A stretch of 64,000 bases of DNA from Malacoraja senta (taxonomy: Eukaryota). Under the pieces are notes generated by a model that was given only the letters and a program-made list of their open reading frames with translations, was not told the DNA's origin and did no database searches. Where the stretch lies: the NCBI GenBank assembly GCA_038087875.1, contig JAXLNO010000396.1, positions 62,001-126,000 of the forward strand, read 5' to 3'. Both the position numbers and the translations under genes were made by a program. Positions 28,858 through 42,392 of this stretch are shown piece by piece (position 1 is the stretch's first letter; the number at the start of each line of letters is the position of its first letter).

Positions 28858-29822
28858 TTTGCATTTTCAATGCAAACCATTTGCATTTTCAAACCAAATC
28901 TTCTCCATTTTCAAAGCAAACCATTTGCATTTTCAAAAAAAATCGTTTGCATTTTCAAAGCTAACCAACATTCCATTTTCAAAGTAAACAACCATTTGCA
29001 TTTTCAAAACAAACCACGTTTTGCATTTTCAAAGCAAACCACCTTTACATTTTCAAAGCAAACCACCTTTTGCATTTTCAAAGCAAACCACGTTCTGCAT
29101 TTTCAAAGCAAACCACATTCTGCATTTTCAAAGCAAACCACATTTTTACATTTTCAAAGCAAACCACCTTTTGCATTTTCTTAGCAAACATTTTACATTT
29201 TCAAAGCAAACCCTTTTGCATTTTCTAAGCAAGTATTTTGCATTTTCAAAGCAAACCTTTTGCATTTTCAAACCAAACCACGTTTTGCATTTCCAAACCT
29301 AACCATCATTTGCATTTTCATACCAAACTAGCTTTTGCATGTTCAATGCAAACCATTTGCATTTTCAAACCAAATCTTCTCCATTTTCAAAGCAAACCAT
29401 TTGCATTTTCAAAAAAAATCGTTTGCATTTTCAAAGCAAACCAATATTGTATTTTCAAAGTACACAACCATTTGCATTTTCAAAACAAACCACGTTTTGC
29501 ATTTTCAAAGCAAACCACCTTTACATTTTCAAAGCAAACCACCTTTTGCATTTTCAAAGCAAACCACGTTCTGCATTTTCAAAGCAAACCACATTGTGCA
29601 TTTTCAAAGCAAACCACATTTTTACATTTTCAAAGCAAACCACCGTTTGCATTTTCTTAGCAAACATTTTACATTTTCAAAGCAAACCCTTTTGCATTTT
29701 CTAAGCAAGTATTTTGCATTTTCAAAGCAAACCTTTTGCATTTTCAAACCAAACCACGTTTTGCATTTCCAAACCTAACCATCATTTGCATTTTCATACC
29801 AAACTAGCTTTTGCATGTTCAA
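28858..29822 (+). repeat. Tandem duplication, 476-bp period
   Basis: Matches 28861/29337 and 29238/29714; rare variants TCTAAGCAAGTA and CATACCAAACTAGC recur at +476. Confidence 0.85.
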
Positions 29823-32804
29823 AGCAAACCTTTTGCATTTTCAAAACAAACCTCCTTTTGCATTTTCAAACCAAACCACCATTTGCATTTTCAAACCAAA
29901 CAACCATTTGCATTTTGATACCAAACCACCATTTTCATTTTCAAACCAAACCACCATTAGCATTTTCATTCCAATCCCTTTGCATTTGCAAACCAAACCA
30001 CCATTTGCATTTTCAAACCAAACCACCATTTGCATTTTCAAAACAAACCGTCATTTGCATTTTCAAAGCAAACCATTTGCATTTTCAAACCAAACATTTT
30101 GCATTTTCAAAGCATACCTTTTGCATTTTCAAAGCAAACCACCCTTTGCATTTTCAAAGCAAACCACCTTTTGCATTTTCATAGCAAACCACCTTTTGCA
30201 TTTTCAAAGCAAACCACCTTTTTTGCATTTTCAAAGTTAACCCATTTTTACATTTTCAAAGCAAACCACATTTGCATTTTCAAAGCAAACGTTTTGAATT
30301 TTCCAAGCAAACCTTTTGTATTTTCAAACCAAACCACGTTTTTGCATTTCCAAACCAAACCACGTTTTGCATATCCAAACCAAACAAGCATTTGCATTTT
30401 CAAACCAAACGACCTTTTACAGTTTCAAAGCAAACCACTTTTTGCATTTTCAATGCAAACCTTTTGCATTTTCAAAGCAAACCTTTTTACTTTTTCAAAC
30501 CAAACCTCCTTTTGCATTTTCAAACCAAACCACCATTTGCTTTTTCAAACCAAACAAACATTTGCATTTTCAAACCAAACCACCATTTGCAATTTCAAAC
30601 CAATACACCATTTGTATTTTCAAAACAAACCACCTTTAGCATTTACAAAGCAAACCTTTTGCATTTACAAAGCAAACATTATGCATTTTCATAGAAAATC
30701 TTTCGCATTTTCAAAGCAAACCAACATTTGCATTTTCAAAGCAAGCAACCATTTGCATTTTCAAAGCAAATCACCTTTTGCATTTTGAAAGCAAACCACC
30801 TTCTGCATTTTCAAACCAAACCAGCTTTTGCATTTTCACAACAAACACGTTATGCATTTTCAAAGGAAACCACCTTTTACATTTTCAAAGCAATCCAACT
30901 TTTGCATTTTCAAAGCAAACCACCTTTTGCATTTTCAAAGCAAACCACCTTTAGCATTTTCAAAGCAAACCACATTTTTACATTTTCAAAGCAAACCACA
31001 TTTTGCATTTTCTTAGCAAACATTTTACATTTTCAAAGCAAACCCTTTTGCATTTTCTAAGCAAGTATTTTGCATTTTCAAAGCAAACCTTTTGCATTTT
31101 CAAACCAAACCACGTTTTGCATTTCCAAACCTAACCATCATTTGCATTTTCATACCAAACTAGCTTTTGCATGTTCAATGCAAACCATTTGCATTTTCAA
31201 ACCAAATCTTCTCCATTTTCAAAGCAAACCATTTGCATTTTCAAAAAAAATCGTTTGCATTTTCAAAGCAAACCAACATTGCATTTTCAAAGTACACAAC
31301 CATTTGCATTTTCAAAACAAACCACGTTTTGCATTTTCAAAGCAAACCACCTTTACATTTTCAAAGCAAACCACCTTTTGCATTTTCAAAGCAAACCACG
31401 TTCTGCATTTTCAAAGCAAACCACATTCTGCATTTTCAAAGCAAACCACATTTTTACATTTTCAAAGCAAACCACCTTTTGCATTTTCTTAGCAAACATT
31501 TTACATTTTCAAAGCAAACCCTTTTGCATTTTCTAAGCAAGTATTTTGCATTTTCAAAGCAAACCTTTTGCATTTTCAAACCAAACCACGTTTTGCATTT
31601 CCAAACCTAACCATCATTTGCATTTTCATACCAAACTAGCTTTTGCATGTTCAAAGCAAACCTTTTGCATTTTCAAAACAAACCTCCTTTTGCATTTTCA
31701 AACCAAACCACCATTTGCATTTTCAAACCAAACAACCATTTGCATTTTGATACCAAACCACCATTTTCATTTTCAAACCAAACCACCATTAGCATTTTCA
31801 TTCCAATCCCTTTGCATTTGCAAACCAAACCACCATTTGCATTTTCAAACCAAACCACCATTTGCATTTTCAAAGCAAACCGTCATTTGCATTTTCAAAG
31901 CAAACCATTTGCATTTTCAAACCAAACATTTTGCATTTTCAAAGCATACCTTTTGCATTTTCAAAGAAAACCACCCTTTGTATTTTCAAAGCAAACCACC
32001 TTTTGCATTTTCAAAGCAAACCACCTTTTGCATTTTCAAAGCAAACCACCTTTTTGCATTTTCAAAGTTAACCCATTTTTACATTTTCAAAGCAAACCAC
32101 ATTTGCATTTTCAAAGCAAACGTTTTGAATTTTCCAAGCAAACCTTTTGTATTTTCAAACCAAACCACGTTTTTGCATTTCCAAACCAAACCACGTTTTG
32201 CATATCCAAACCAAACAAGCATTTGCATTTTCAAACCAAACGACCTTTTACAGTTTCAAAGCAAACCACTTTTTGCATTTTCAATGCAAACCTTTTGCAT
32301 TTTCAAAGCAAACCTTTTTGCTTTTTCAAACCAAACCTCCTTTTGCATTTTCAAACCAAACCACCATTTGCTTTTTCAAACCAAACAAACATTTGCATTT
32401 TCAAACCAAACCACCATTTGCAATTTCAAACCAATACACCATTTGTATTTTCAAAACAAACCACCTTTAGCATTTACAAAGCAAACCTTTTGCATTTACA
32501 AAGTAAACATTATGCATTTTCATAGAAAATCTTTCGCATTTTCAAAGCAAACCAACATTTGCATTTTCAAAGCAAGCAACCATTTGCATTTTCAAAGCAA
32601 ATCACCTTTTGCATTTTGAAAGCAAACCACCTTCTGCATTTTCAAACCAAACCAGCTTTTGCATTTTCACAACAAACACGTTATGCATTTTCAAAGGAAA
32701 CCACCTTTTACATTTTCAAAGCAATCCAACTTTTGCATTTTCAAAGCAAACCACCTTTTGCATTTTCAAAGCAAACCACCTTTAGTATTTTCAAAGCAAA
32801 CCAC
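29122..32804 (+). repeat. Tandem duplication, ~1832-bp period
   Basis: ORF-track recurrences 29238/31070, 29714/31546, 30316/32147, 30728/32559. Confidence 0.88.
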
Positions 32805-33996
32805 TTGTGAATTTTCAAAGCAAACCTCCTTTTGCATTTTCAAACCAAATACCATTTGCTTTTTCAAACCAAACACCCATTTGCATTTTAAATCCAATCC
32901 TTTTGCATTTTCAAATCAATCCACCATTTCCATTATCAAACCAAACCACCATTTGCATTTTCAAAACAATCCATCATTTACATTTTCAAAGCAAACCATT
33001 TGCATTTTCAAACCAAATCTTCTCCATTTTCAAAGCAAACCTTTTGCATTTTCAAAAAAAATCGTTTGCATTTTCAAAGCATACCAACATTGCATTTTCA
33101 AAGCAAACAACCATTTGCATTTTCAAATCAAACCACGTTTTGCATTTTCAAAGCAAACCACCTTTTACATTTTCAAAGCAAACCACCTTTTGCATTTTCA
33201 AAGCAAACCACATTCTGCATTTTCAAAGCAAACCACATTCTGCATTTTCAAAGCAAACCACATTTTTACATTTTCAAAGCAAACCACCTTTTGCATTTTC
33301 TTAGCAAACATTTTACATTATCAAAGCAAACCCGTTTGCATTTTCCAAGCAAATATTTTGCATTTTCAAAGCAAACCTTTTGCATTTTCAAACCAAACCA
33401 CGATTTGCATTTCCAAACCTAACCACCATTTGCATTTTCAAACCAAACCAGCGTTTGCATTTTCAAAGCAAACCTTTTGCATTTTCAAAACAAACCTCCT
33501 TTTGTATTTTCAAACCAAACCACCATTTGCTTTTTCAAACCAAACAACCATTTGCATTTTGATACCAAACCACCATTTTCATTTTCAAACCAAACCACAA
33601 TTAGCATTTTCATTCCAATCCCTTTGCATTTGCAAACCAAACCACCATTTGCATTTTCAAACCAAACCACCATTTGCATTTTCAAAACAAACCGTCATTT
33701 GCATTTTCAAAGCAAACCATTTGCATTTTCAAACTAAACATTTTGCATTTTCAAAGAATACCTTTTGCGTTTTCAAAGAAAACCCTTTGCATTTTCAAAG
33801 CAAACCACCATTTGCAATTTCAAACAAAACCACCATTTGCATTTTCAAACCAAACCACCATTTGCATTTTCAAACCAAACCACCATTTGCATTTTCAAAG
33901 CAACCCACCTTCTGCATTTTCAAAGCAAATCTTTTGCATTTTCAAACCAAACCACGTTTTGCATTTCCAAACCAAATATCCATTTGCATTTTCAAA

Positions 33997-34090
33997 CTAA
34001 CACTAACCCTAATCCTAACCCGAACCCTAACCCTTACCCTAACCCTAACCCTAATCCTAACCCTAACCTTAACCCTAACCCTAACCCTAA
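33997..34090 (-). repeat. Interstitial telomeric tract, class C
   Basis: Starts CTAACACTAACCCTAA; 3' flank TGCATTATCATAGC. Confidence 0.95.
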
Positions 34091-36764
34091 TGCATTATCA
34101 TAGCAAACCACTTGTTTGCATTTTCAAAGTAAATCTTTTTGCATTTTCAAAGCAAAACATCTTTTGCATTTACAAAGCAATCCACCTTTTGCATTTTCAA
34201 AGCAAAACATCTTTTGAAATTTCAATGCAAACCACCTTTTGCATTTTCAAAGGAAACCAATTTTACATTTTCAAAGCAAACCACCATTTGCGTTTTCATA
34301 CCAAACCACCATTTGCATTTTCAAACCAATCCACCATTTGCATTTTCAAAGGAAACCACCTGCATTTTCAAAGCAAACCTTTTGCATTTTCAAACCAAAC
34401 CACGTTTTGCATTTCCAAACCAAACATCCATTTGCATTTTCAAACTAAACCACCTTTTGCATTTTCATAACAAACCACTTTTTTGAATTTTCAAAGTAAA
34501 CCTTTTACATTTTCAAAGCAAACCTTTTGCATTTTCAAACCAAACCTCCTTTTGCATTTTCAAACCAAACCACCATTTGCTTTTTCAAACCTAACCAACA
34601 TTAGCATTTTCAATCCAATCCATCTGCATTTTCAAACCAAACCCCCATTTGCATTTTCAAACCAAACCACCATTAGCATTTTCATTCCAATCCCTTTGCA
34701 TTTGCAAACCAAACCACCCTTTGCATTTTCAAAGCAAACCACGTTTTGAATTTTCAAAGCAAACCACCTTTTTGCATTTTCAAAGTTAACCCATTTTTAC
34801 ATTTTCAAAGCAAACCACATTTGCATTTTCAAAGCAAACGTTTTGAATTTTCCAAGCAAACCTTTTGTATTTTCAAACCTAACCACGTTTTTGCATTTCC
34901 AAACCAAACCACGTTTTGCATATCCAAACCAAACAAGCATTTGCATTTTCAAACCAAACGACCTTTTACAGTTTCAAAGCAAACCACTTTTTGCATTTTC
35001 AATGCAAACCTTTTGCATTTTCAAAGCAAACCTTTTTGCTTTTTCAAACCAAACCTCCTTTTGCATTTTCAAACCAAACCACCATTTGCTTTTTCAAACC
35101 AAACAAACATTTGCATTTTCAAACCAAACCACCATTTGCATTTTCAAACCAATACACCATTTGTATTTTCAAAACAAACCACCTTTAGCATTTACAAAGC
35201 AAACCTTTTGCATTTACAAAGCAAACATTATGCATTTTCATGGAAAATCTTTCGCATTTTCAAAGCAAACCAACATTTGCATTTTCAAAGCAAGCAACCA
35301 TTTGCATTTTCAAAGCAAACCACCTTTTGCATTTTCAAAGCAAACCACCTTTTGCATTTTCAAAGCAAAGCACATTTTTTTCATTTTCAAAGCAAACCAA
35401 CTTTTGCATTTTCAAAGCAAACCACCTTCAGCATTTTCAAAGCAAACCACTTTTGAATTTTCAAAGCAAACATTTTACAATTTCAAACCAAACCACGTTT
35501 TTGCATTTCCAAACCAAACCACATTTTGCATATCCAAACCAAACCACCATTTGCATTTTCGAACCAAACCTCCTTTTGCATTTTCAAACCAAATACCATT
35601 TGCTTTTTCAAACCAAACAACCATTTGCATTTTCAAACCAAACCACCATTAGCATTTTCAATCCAATCCTTTTGCATTTTCAAATCAATCCACCATTTCC
35701 ATTGTCAAACCAAACCACCATTTGCATTTTCAAAACAATCCATCATTTGCATTTTCAAAGCAAACCATTTGCATTTTCAAACCAAATCTTCTCCATTTTC
35801 AAAGCAAACCTTTTGCATTTTCAAAAAAAATCGTTTGCATTTTCAAAGCAAACCAACATTGCATTTTCAAAGCAAACAACCATTTGTATTTTCAAATCAA
35901 ACCACGTTTTGCATTTTCAAAGCAAACCACCTTTTACATTTTCAAAGCAAACCACCTTTGCATTTTCAAAGCAAACCACATTCTGCATTTTCAAAGCAGA
36001 CCACATTCTGCATTTTCAAAGCAAACCACATTTTTACATTTTCAAAGCAAACCACCTTTTGCATTTTCTTAGCAAACATTTTACATTATCAAAGCAAACC
36101 CGTTTGCATTTTCTAAGCAAATATTTTGCATTTTCAAAGCAAACCTTTTGCATTTTCAAACCAAACCACGTTTTGCATTTCCAAACCTAACCACCATTTG
36201 CATTTTCAAACCAAACCAGCGTTTGCATTTTCAAAGCAAACCTTTTGCATTTTCAAAACAAACCTCCTTTTGTATTTTCAAACCAAACCACCATTTGCTT
36301 TTTCAAACCAAACAACCATTTGCATTTTGATACCAAACCACCATTTTCATTTTCAAACCAAACCACCATTAGCATTTTCATTCCAATCCCTTTGCATTTG
36401 CAAACCAAACCACCATTTGCATTTTCAAACCAAACCACCATTTGCATTTTCAAAACAAACCGTAATTTGCATTTTCAAAGCAAACCATTTGCATTTTCAA
36501 ACTAAACATTTTGCATTTTCAAAGAATACCTTTTGCGTTTTCAAAGAAAACCCTTTGCATTTTCAAAGCAAACCACCATTTGCAATTTCAAACAAAACTA
36601 CCATTTGCATTTTCAAACCAAACCACCATTTGCATTTTCAAACCAAACCACCATTTGCATTTTCAAAGCAACCCACCTTCTGCATTTTCAAAGCAAATCT
36701 TTTGCATTTTCAAACCAAACCACGTTTTGCATTTCCAAACCAAATATCCATTTGCATTTTCAAA

Positions 36765-36858
36765 CTAACACTAACCCTAACCCTAACCCTAACCCTAACC
36801 ATTACCCTAACCCTAACCGTAATCCTAACCCTAACCTTAACCCTAACCCTAACCCTAA
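36765..36858 (-). repeat. Interstitial telomeric tract, class C
   Basis: Starts CTAACACTAACCCTAA; 3' flank TGCATTATCATAGC. Confidence 0.95.
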
Positions 36859-39627
36859 TGCATTATCATAGCAAACAACTTGTTTGCATTTTCAAAGTGA
36901 ACCTTTTTGCATTTTCAAAGCAAAACATATTTTGCATTTACAAAGCAATCCACCTTTTGCATTTTCAAAACAAAACATCTTTTGAAATTTCAATGCAAAT
37001 CACCTTTTGCATTTTCAAAGGAAACCAATTTTACATTTTCAAAGCAAACCACCATTTGCGTTTTCATACCAAAGAACCATTTGCATTTTCAAACCAATCC
37101 ACCATTTGCATTTTCAAAGGAAACCACCTGCATTTTCAAAGCAAACCTTTTGCATTTTCAAACCAAACCACGTTTTGCATTTCCAAACCAAACATCCATT
37201 TGCATTTTCAAACTAAACCACCGTTTGCATTTTCATAGCAAACCACTTTTTTGAATTTTCAAAGTAAACCTTTTGCATTTTCAAAGCAAACCTTTTGCAT
37301 TTTCAAACCAAACCTCCTTTTGCATTTTCAAACCAAACCACCATTTGCTTTTTCAAACCTAACCACCAATAGCAATTTCAAACCAAACCACCATTTGCAT
37401 TTTCAAACCAATCCACCATTTGCATTTTCAATCCAATCCATCTGCATTTTCAAACCAAACCTCCATTTGCATTTTCAAACCGAACCACCATTAGCATATT
37501 CAATCCAATCCTTTTGCATTTTCAAACCAAACCACCATTTGCATTTTCACACCAAACCACCTGTCGCATTTACAAATCTTTTCCATTTTAAAAGAAAATC
37601 TTTTGCATTGTCAAAGCAAACTAACATTTGCATTTTCAAAGCAAGCCATCATTTGCATTTTCAAAGCAAATCACCTTTTCCATTTTCAAAGCAAACCACC
37701 TTCCGCATTTTCAATGCAAACCAGCTTTTGCATTTTCAAATCAAACCACCTTTTGCATTTTCAAAGCAAACCACCTTTTGCATTTTCAAAGCAAACCACC
37801 TTTTGCATTTTCAAAGCAAACCACCTTTTACATTTTCAAAGCAAACCACCTTTTGCATTTTCAAAGCAAAGCACATTTTTTTCATTTTCAAAGCAAACCA
37901 ACTTTTGCATTTTCAAAGCAAACCACCTTTTGTATTTTCAAAGCAAACCACCTTCAGCATTTTCAAAGCAAACCACTTTTGAATTTTCAAAGCAAACATT
38001 TTACAATTTCAAACCAAACCACGTTTTTGAATTTCCAAACCAAACCACATTTTGCATATCCAAACCAAACCACCATTTTCATTTTCGAACCAAACCTCCT
38101 TTTGCATTTTCAAACCAAATACCATTTGCTTTTTCAAACCAAACAACCATTTGCATTTTCAAACCAAACCACCATTAGCATTTTCAATCCAATCCTTTTG
38201 CATTTTCAAATCAATCCACCATTTCCATTGTCAAACCAAACCACCATTTGCATTTTCAAAACAATCCATCATTTGCATTTTCAAAGCAAACCATTTGCAT
38301 TTTCAAACCAAATCTTCTCCATTTTCAAAGCAAACCTTTTGCATTTTCAAAAAAAATCGTTTGCATTTTCAAAGCAAACCAACATTGCATTTTCAAAGCA
38401 AACAACCATTTGCATTTTCAAATCAAACCACGTTTTGCATTTTCAAAGCAAACCACCTTTTACATTTTCAAAGCAAACCACCTTTGCATTTTCAAAGCAA
38501 ACCACATTCTGCATTTTCAAAGCAAACCACATTCTGCATTTTCAAAGCAAACCACATTTTTACATTTTCAAAGCAAACCACCATTTTCTTCGCAAACATT
38601 TTACATTTTCAAAGCAAACCCTTTTGCATTTTCTAAGCAAATATTTTGCATTTTCAAAGCAAACCATTTGCATTTTCAAACCAAATCTTCTCCATTTTCA
38701 AAGCAAACCTTTTGCGTTTTCAAAAAAAATCGTTTGCATTTTCAAAGCAAACCAACATTGCATTTTCAAAGCAAACAACCATTTGCATTTTCAAATCAAA
38801 CCACGTTTTGCATTTTCAAAGCAAACCACCTTTTACATTTTCAAAGCAAACCACCTTTGCATTTTCAAAGCAAACCACATTCTGCATTTTCAAAGCAAAC
38901 CACATTCTGCATTTTCAAAGCAAACCACATTTTTACATTTTCAAAGAAGGCCACCTTTAGCATTTTCTTAGCAAACATTTTACATTTTCAAAGCAAACCC
39001 TTTTGCATTTTTCTAAGCAAATATTTTGCATTTTCAAAGCAAACCTTTTGCATTTTCAAACCAAACCACGTTTTGCATTTCCAAACCTAACCACCATTTG
39101 CATTTTCAAACTAAACCAGCTTTTGCATTTTCAAAGCAAACCTTTTGCATTTTCAAAACAAACCTCCTTTTGCATTTTCAAACCAAACCACCATTTGCTT
39201 TTTCAAACCAAACAACCATTTGCATTTTTATACCAAACCACCATTTTCATTTTCAAACCAAACCACCATTAGCATTTTCATTCCAATCCCTTTGCATTTG
39301 CAAACCAAACCACCATTTGCATTTTCAAAACAAACCGTCATTTGCATTTTCAAAGCAAACCATTTGCATTTTCAAACTAAACATTTTGCATTTTCAAAGC
39401 ATACCTTTTGCGTTTTCAAAGAAAACCCTTTGCATTTTCAAAGCAAACCACCATTTGCATTTACAAAGCAAATCACCATTTTCATTTTCAAACTAAACCA
39501 CCATTTTCATTTTCAAACCAAATCACCATTAGCATTTTCAATCCAATCCTTTTGCATTGTCAAACCTAACCACCATTTGCATTTTCTTACCAAACCACCA
39601 TTGGCATTTTCAAAACAAACCATCAGA

Positions 39628-42335
39628 GAAACATGGTTGCAGGAGGGCTGTGATTGGAAACTAAATATTCCAGGATTTCCTTGCTTCAGGTGTGATAGAA
39701 TTTGGAGGGGCAAGAGGTGGAGGTGTTGCATATTACAGCAGGGAAGATATTACAGCAGTGCTTTGGCAGGATAGATTAGAGGGCTCTTCTAGGGAGGCTA
39801 TTTGGGTGGTACTGAGAAATGGGAAAGGGGTAGCAACACTCATAGGGGTGTATTATAGACCGCCAAATGGGGAGCGAGAATTGGAGGAGCAAATATGTAA
39901 GGAGATTGCAGATATTAGTAGTAAGCACAAGGTAGTGATTGTGGGAGATTTCAATTTTCCACACATAGACTGGGAAACACATTCTGTAAATGGGCTGGAT
40001 GGGTTGGAGTTTGTAAAATGTGTGCAGGATAGTTTTTTGCAGCAATACATAGAAGTACCTACTAGAGAAGGGGCGGTGCTGGACCTCCTGTTAGGAAATG
40101 AGACGGGTCAGGTGGCGGAGGTATGCGTTGGGGAACAGTTCGGGACCAGTGACCACAATACCATTAGTTTCAATATAATTATGGAGAGGGTCAGAACTGG
40201 ACCTAGGGTTGAGATTTTTGATTGGAGAAAGGCTAACTTTGAGGAGATGCAAAAGGATTTAAAAGGAGTAAATTGGGACAGTTTGTTTTATGGGAAAGAT
40301 GTGGAAGAGAAATGGAGGACATTTAAAGGTGAAATTTTAAGAGTACAGAATCTTTATGTCCCTGTTCGGTTGAAAGGAAATAGTAAAAATTGGAAAGAGC
40401 CATGGTTTTCAAGGGAAATTGGACACTTCGTTCGGAAAAAGAGAGAGATCTACAATAATTATAGGCAGCATGGAGTAAATGAGGTGCTTGAGGAGTATAA
40501 AAAATGTAAAAAGTGTCAAGAAAAAAATTAGAAAAGCTGAAAGAAGATATGAGGTTGCTTTGGCAAGTAAGGTGAAAGTAAATCCAAAGGGTTTCTACAG
40601 CTATATTAATAGCAAAAGGATAACGAGGGATAAAATTGGTCTATTAGAGAGTCAGAGTGGACAGCTATCTGCAGAGCCAAAAGAGATGGGGGAGATATTG
40701 AACAATCTCTTTTCTTCGGTATTCACCAAGGAGAAGGATATTGAATTATGTGAGGTAAGGGAAACAAGTAGAGTAGCTATGGAAACTATGAGATTCAAAG
40801 AAGAGGAAGTACTGACACTTTTGAGAAATATCAAAGTGGATAAGTCTCCAGGTCCGGACAGGACATTCCCTAGGACATTGAGGGAAGTTAGTGTAGAAAT
40901 AGCAGGGGCTATGACAGAAATATTTCAAATGCCATTGGAAACGGCAATAGTGCCGGAGGATTGGCGTACTGCGCATGTTGTTCCATTGTTTAAAAAGGGG
41001 TCTAAGAGTAAACCTAGCAATTATAGACCTGTTAGTTTGACGTCAGTGGTGGGCAAATTAATGGAAAGGATACTTAGAGATAATATATATAAGCATCTGG
41101 ATAAACAGGGGCTGATTAGGAACAGTCAACATTGATTTGTGCCTGGAAGGTCATGTTTGACTAATCTTCTTGAATTTTTTGAAGAGGTTACTCGGGAAAT
41201 TGATCAGGGTAAAGCCGTGGATGTTGTATATATGGACTTCAGTGAGGCCTTTGACAAGGTTTCTCACGGAAGGTTGGTTAAGAAGGTTCAATGGTTGGGT
41301 ATTAATGGTGGAGTAGCAAGATGGATTCAATAGTGGCTGAATGGGAGATGCCAGAGAGTAATGGTGGATGGTTGTTTGTCAGGTTGGAGGCCAGTGACTA
41401 GTGGGGTGCCTCAGGGATCTATGTTGGGTCCACTGTTGTTTGTCATGTACATCAATGATCTGGATGATGGTGTGGTAAATTGGATTAGTAAGTATGCAGA
41501 TGATACTAAGATAGGTGGTGTTGTGGATAATGAAGTAGATTTTCAAAGTCTACAGAGAGATTTATGCCGGTTGGAAGAGTGGGCTGAAAGATGGCAGATG
41601 GAGTTTAATGCTGATAAGTGTGAGGTGCTACATCTTGGCAGGACAAATCAAAATAGGACGTACATGGTAAATGGTAGGGAATTGAAGAATGCAGGTGAAC
41701 AGAGGGATTTTGGAATAACTGTGCACAGTTCCCTGAAAGTGGAATCTCATGTAGATAGGGCGGGAAAGAAAGCTTTTGGTGTGCTGCCTTTTATAAATCA
41801 GAGCATTGAGTATAGAAGTTGGGATGTAATGTTAAAATTGTACAAGGGATTGGTGAGGCCAATTCTGGAGTATGGTGTACAATTTTGGTCGCCTAATTAT
41901 AGGAAGGATGTCAACAAAATAGAGAGAGTACAGAGGAGATTTACTGGAATGTTGCCTGGGTTTCAGCAACTAAGTTACAGAGAAAGGTTGAACAAGTTAG
42001 GGCTTTATTCTTTGGAGCGCAGAAGGTTAAGGGGGGACTTGATAGAGGTCTTTAAAATGATGAGAGGGATAGACAGAGTTGACGTGGATATGCTTTTCGC
42101 ACTGAGAGTAGGGAAGATTCAAACAAGGGGACATGACTTGAGAATTAAGGGACAGAAGTTTAGGGGTAACACGAGGGGGAACTTCTTTACTCAGAGAGTG
42201 GTGGCTGTGTGGAATGAGCTTCCAGTGAAGGTGGTGGAGGCAGGTTCGTTTTTATCATTTACAAATAAATTGGATAGTGATATGGACGGGAAAGGAATGG
42301 AGGGTTATGGTCTGAGCGCAGGTATATGGGACTAG
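39628..42335 (+). pseudogene. CR1 ORF2 (endonuclease/reverse transcriptase) pseudogene
   Basis: Frameshifts near 39700 and 40520. In-frame stops TGA 41133-41135 (QH*F, normally QHGF) and TAG 41331-41333. Segments 40479, 41139 and 41361 share one frame ending in TAG at 42333-42335. Confidence 0.92.
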
Positions 42336-42350
42336 GGGAGAATACGTGTT

Positions 42351-42392
42351 CGGCACGGACTAGAAGGGTCGAGATGGCCTGTTTCCGTGCTG
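42351..42392 (+). other. CR1 3'-UTR stem-loop
   Basis: CGGCACGGA (42351-42359) pairs with TCCGTGCTG (42384-42392, one G-U); inner hairpin GGGTC-GAGAT-GGCCT (42366-42380). Confidence 0.75.

Larger units (their letters stand above)
32821..37365 (+). repeat. Duplication of ~1.8 kb at ~2768-bp offset (32821-34597 vs 35565-37365)
   Basis: ORF-track recurrences 33380/36148, 33765/36533, 34139/36907, 34483/37251; both copies include a class C telomeric tract. Confidence 0.82.
14553..39625 (+). repeat. Satellite A block 2
   Basis: Same 25/22-bp monomers between the L1 5' junction and the CR1 5' junction; contains nine telomeric tracts and several kb-scale duplications. Confidence 0.97.

Noticed and set aside
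39145..39774. Apparent satellite-CR1 endonuclease fusion ORF
   Set aside because: Chance read-through from stop-free satellite into the truncated CR1; it leaves the endonuclease frame after about 25 codons.
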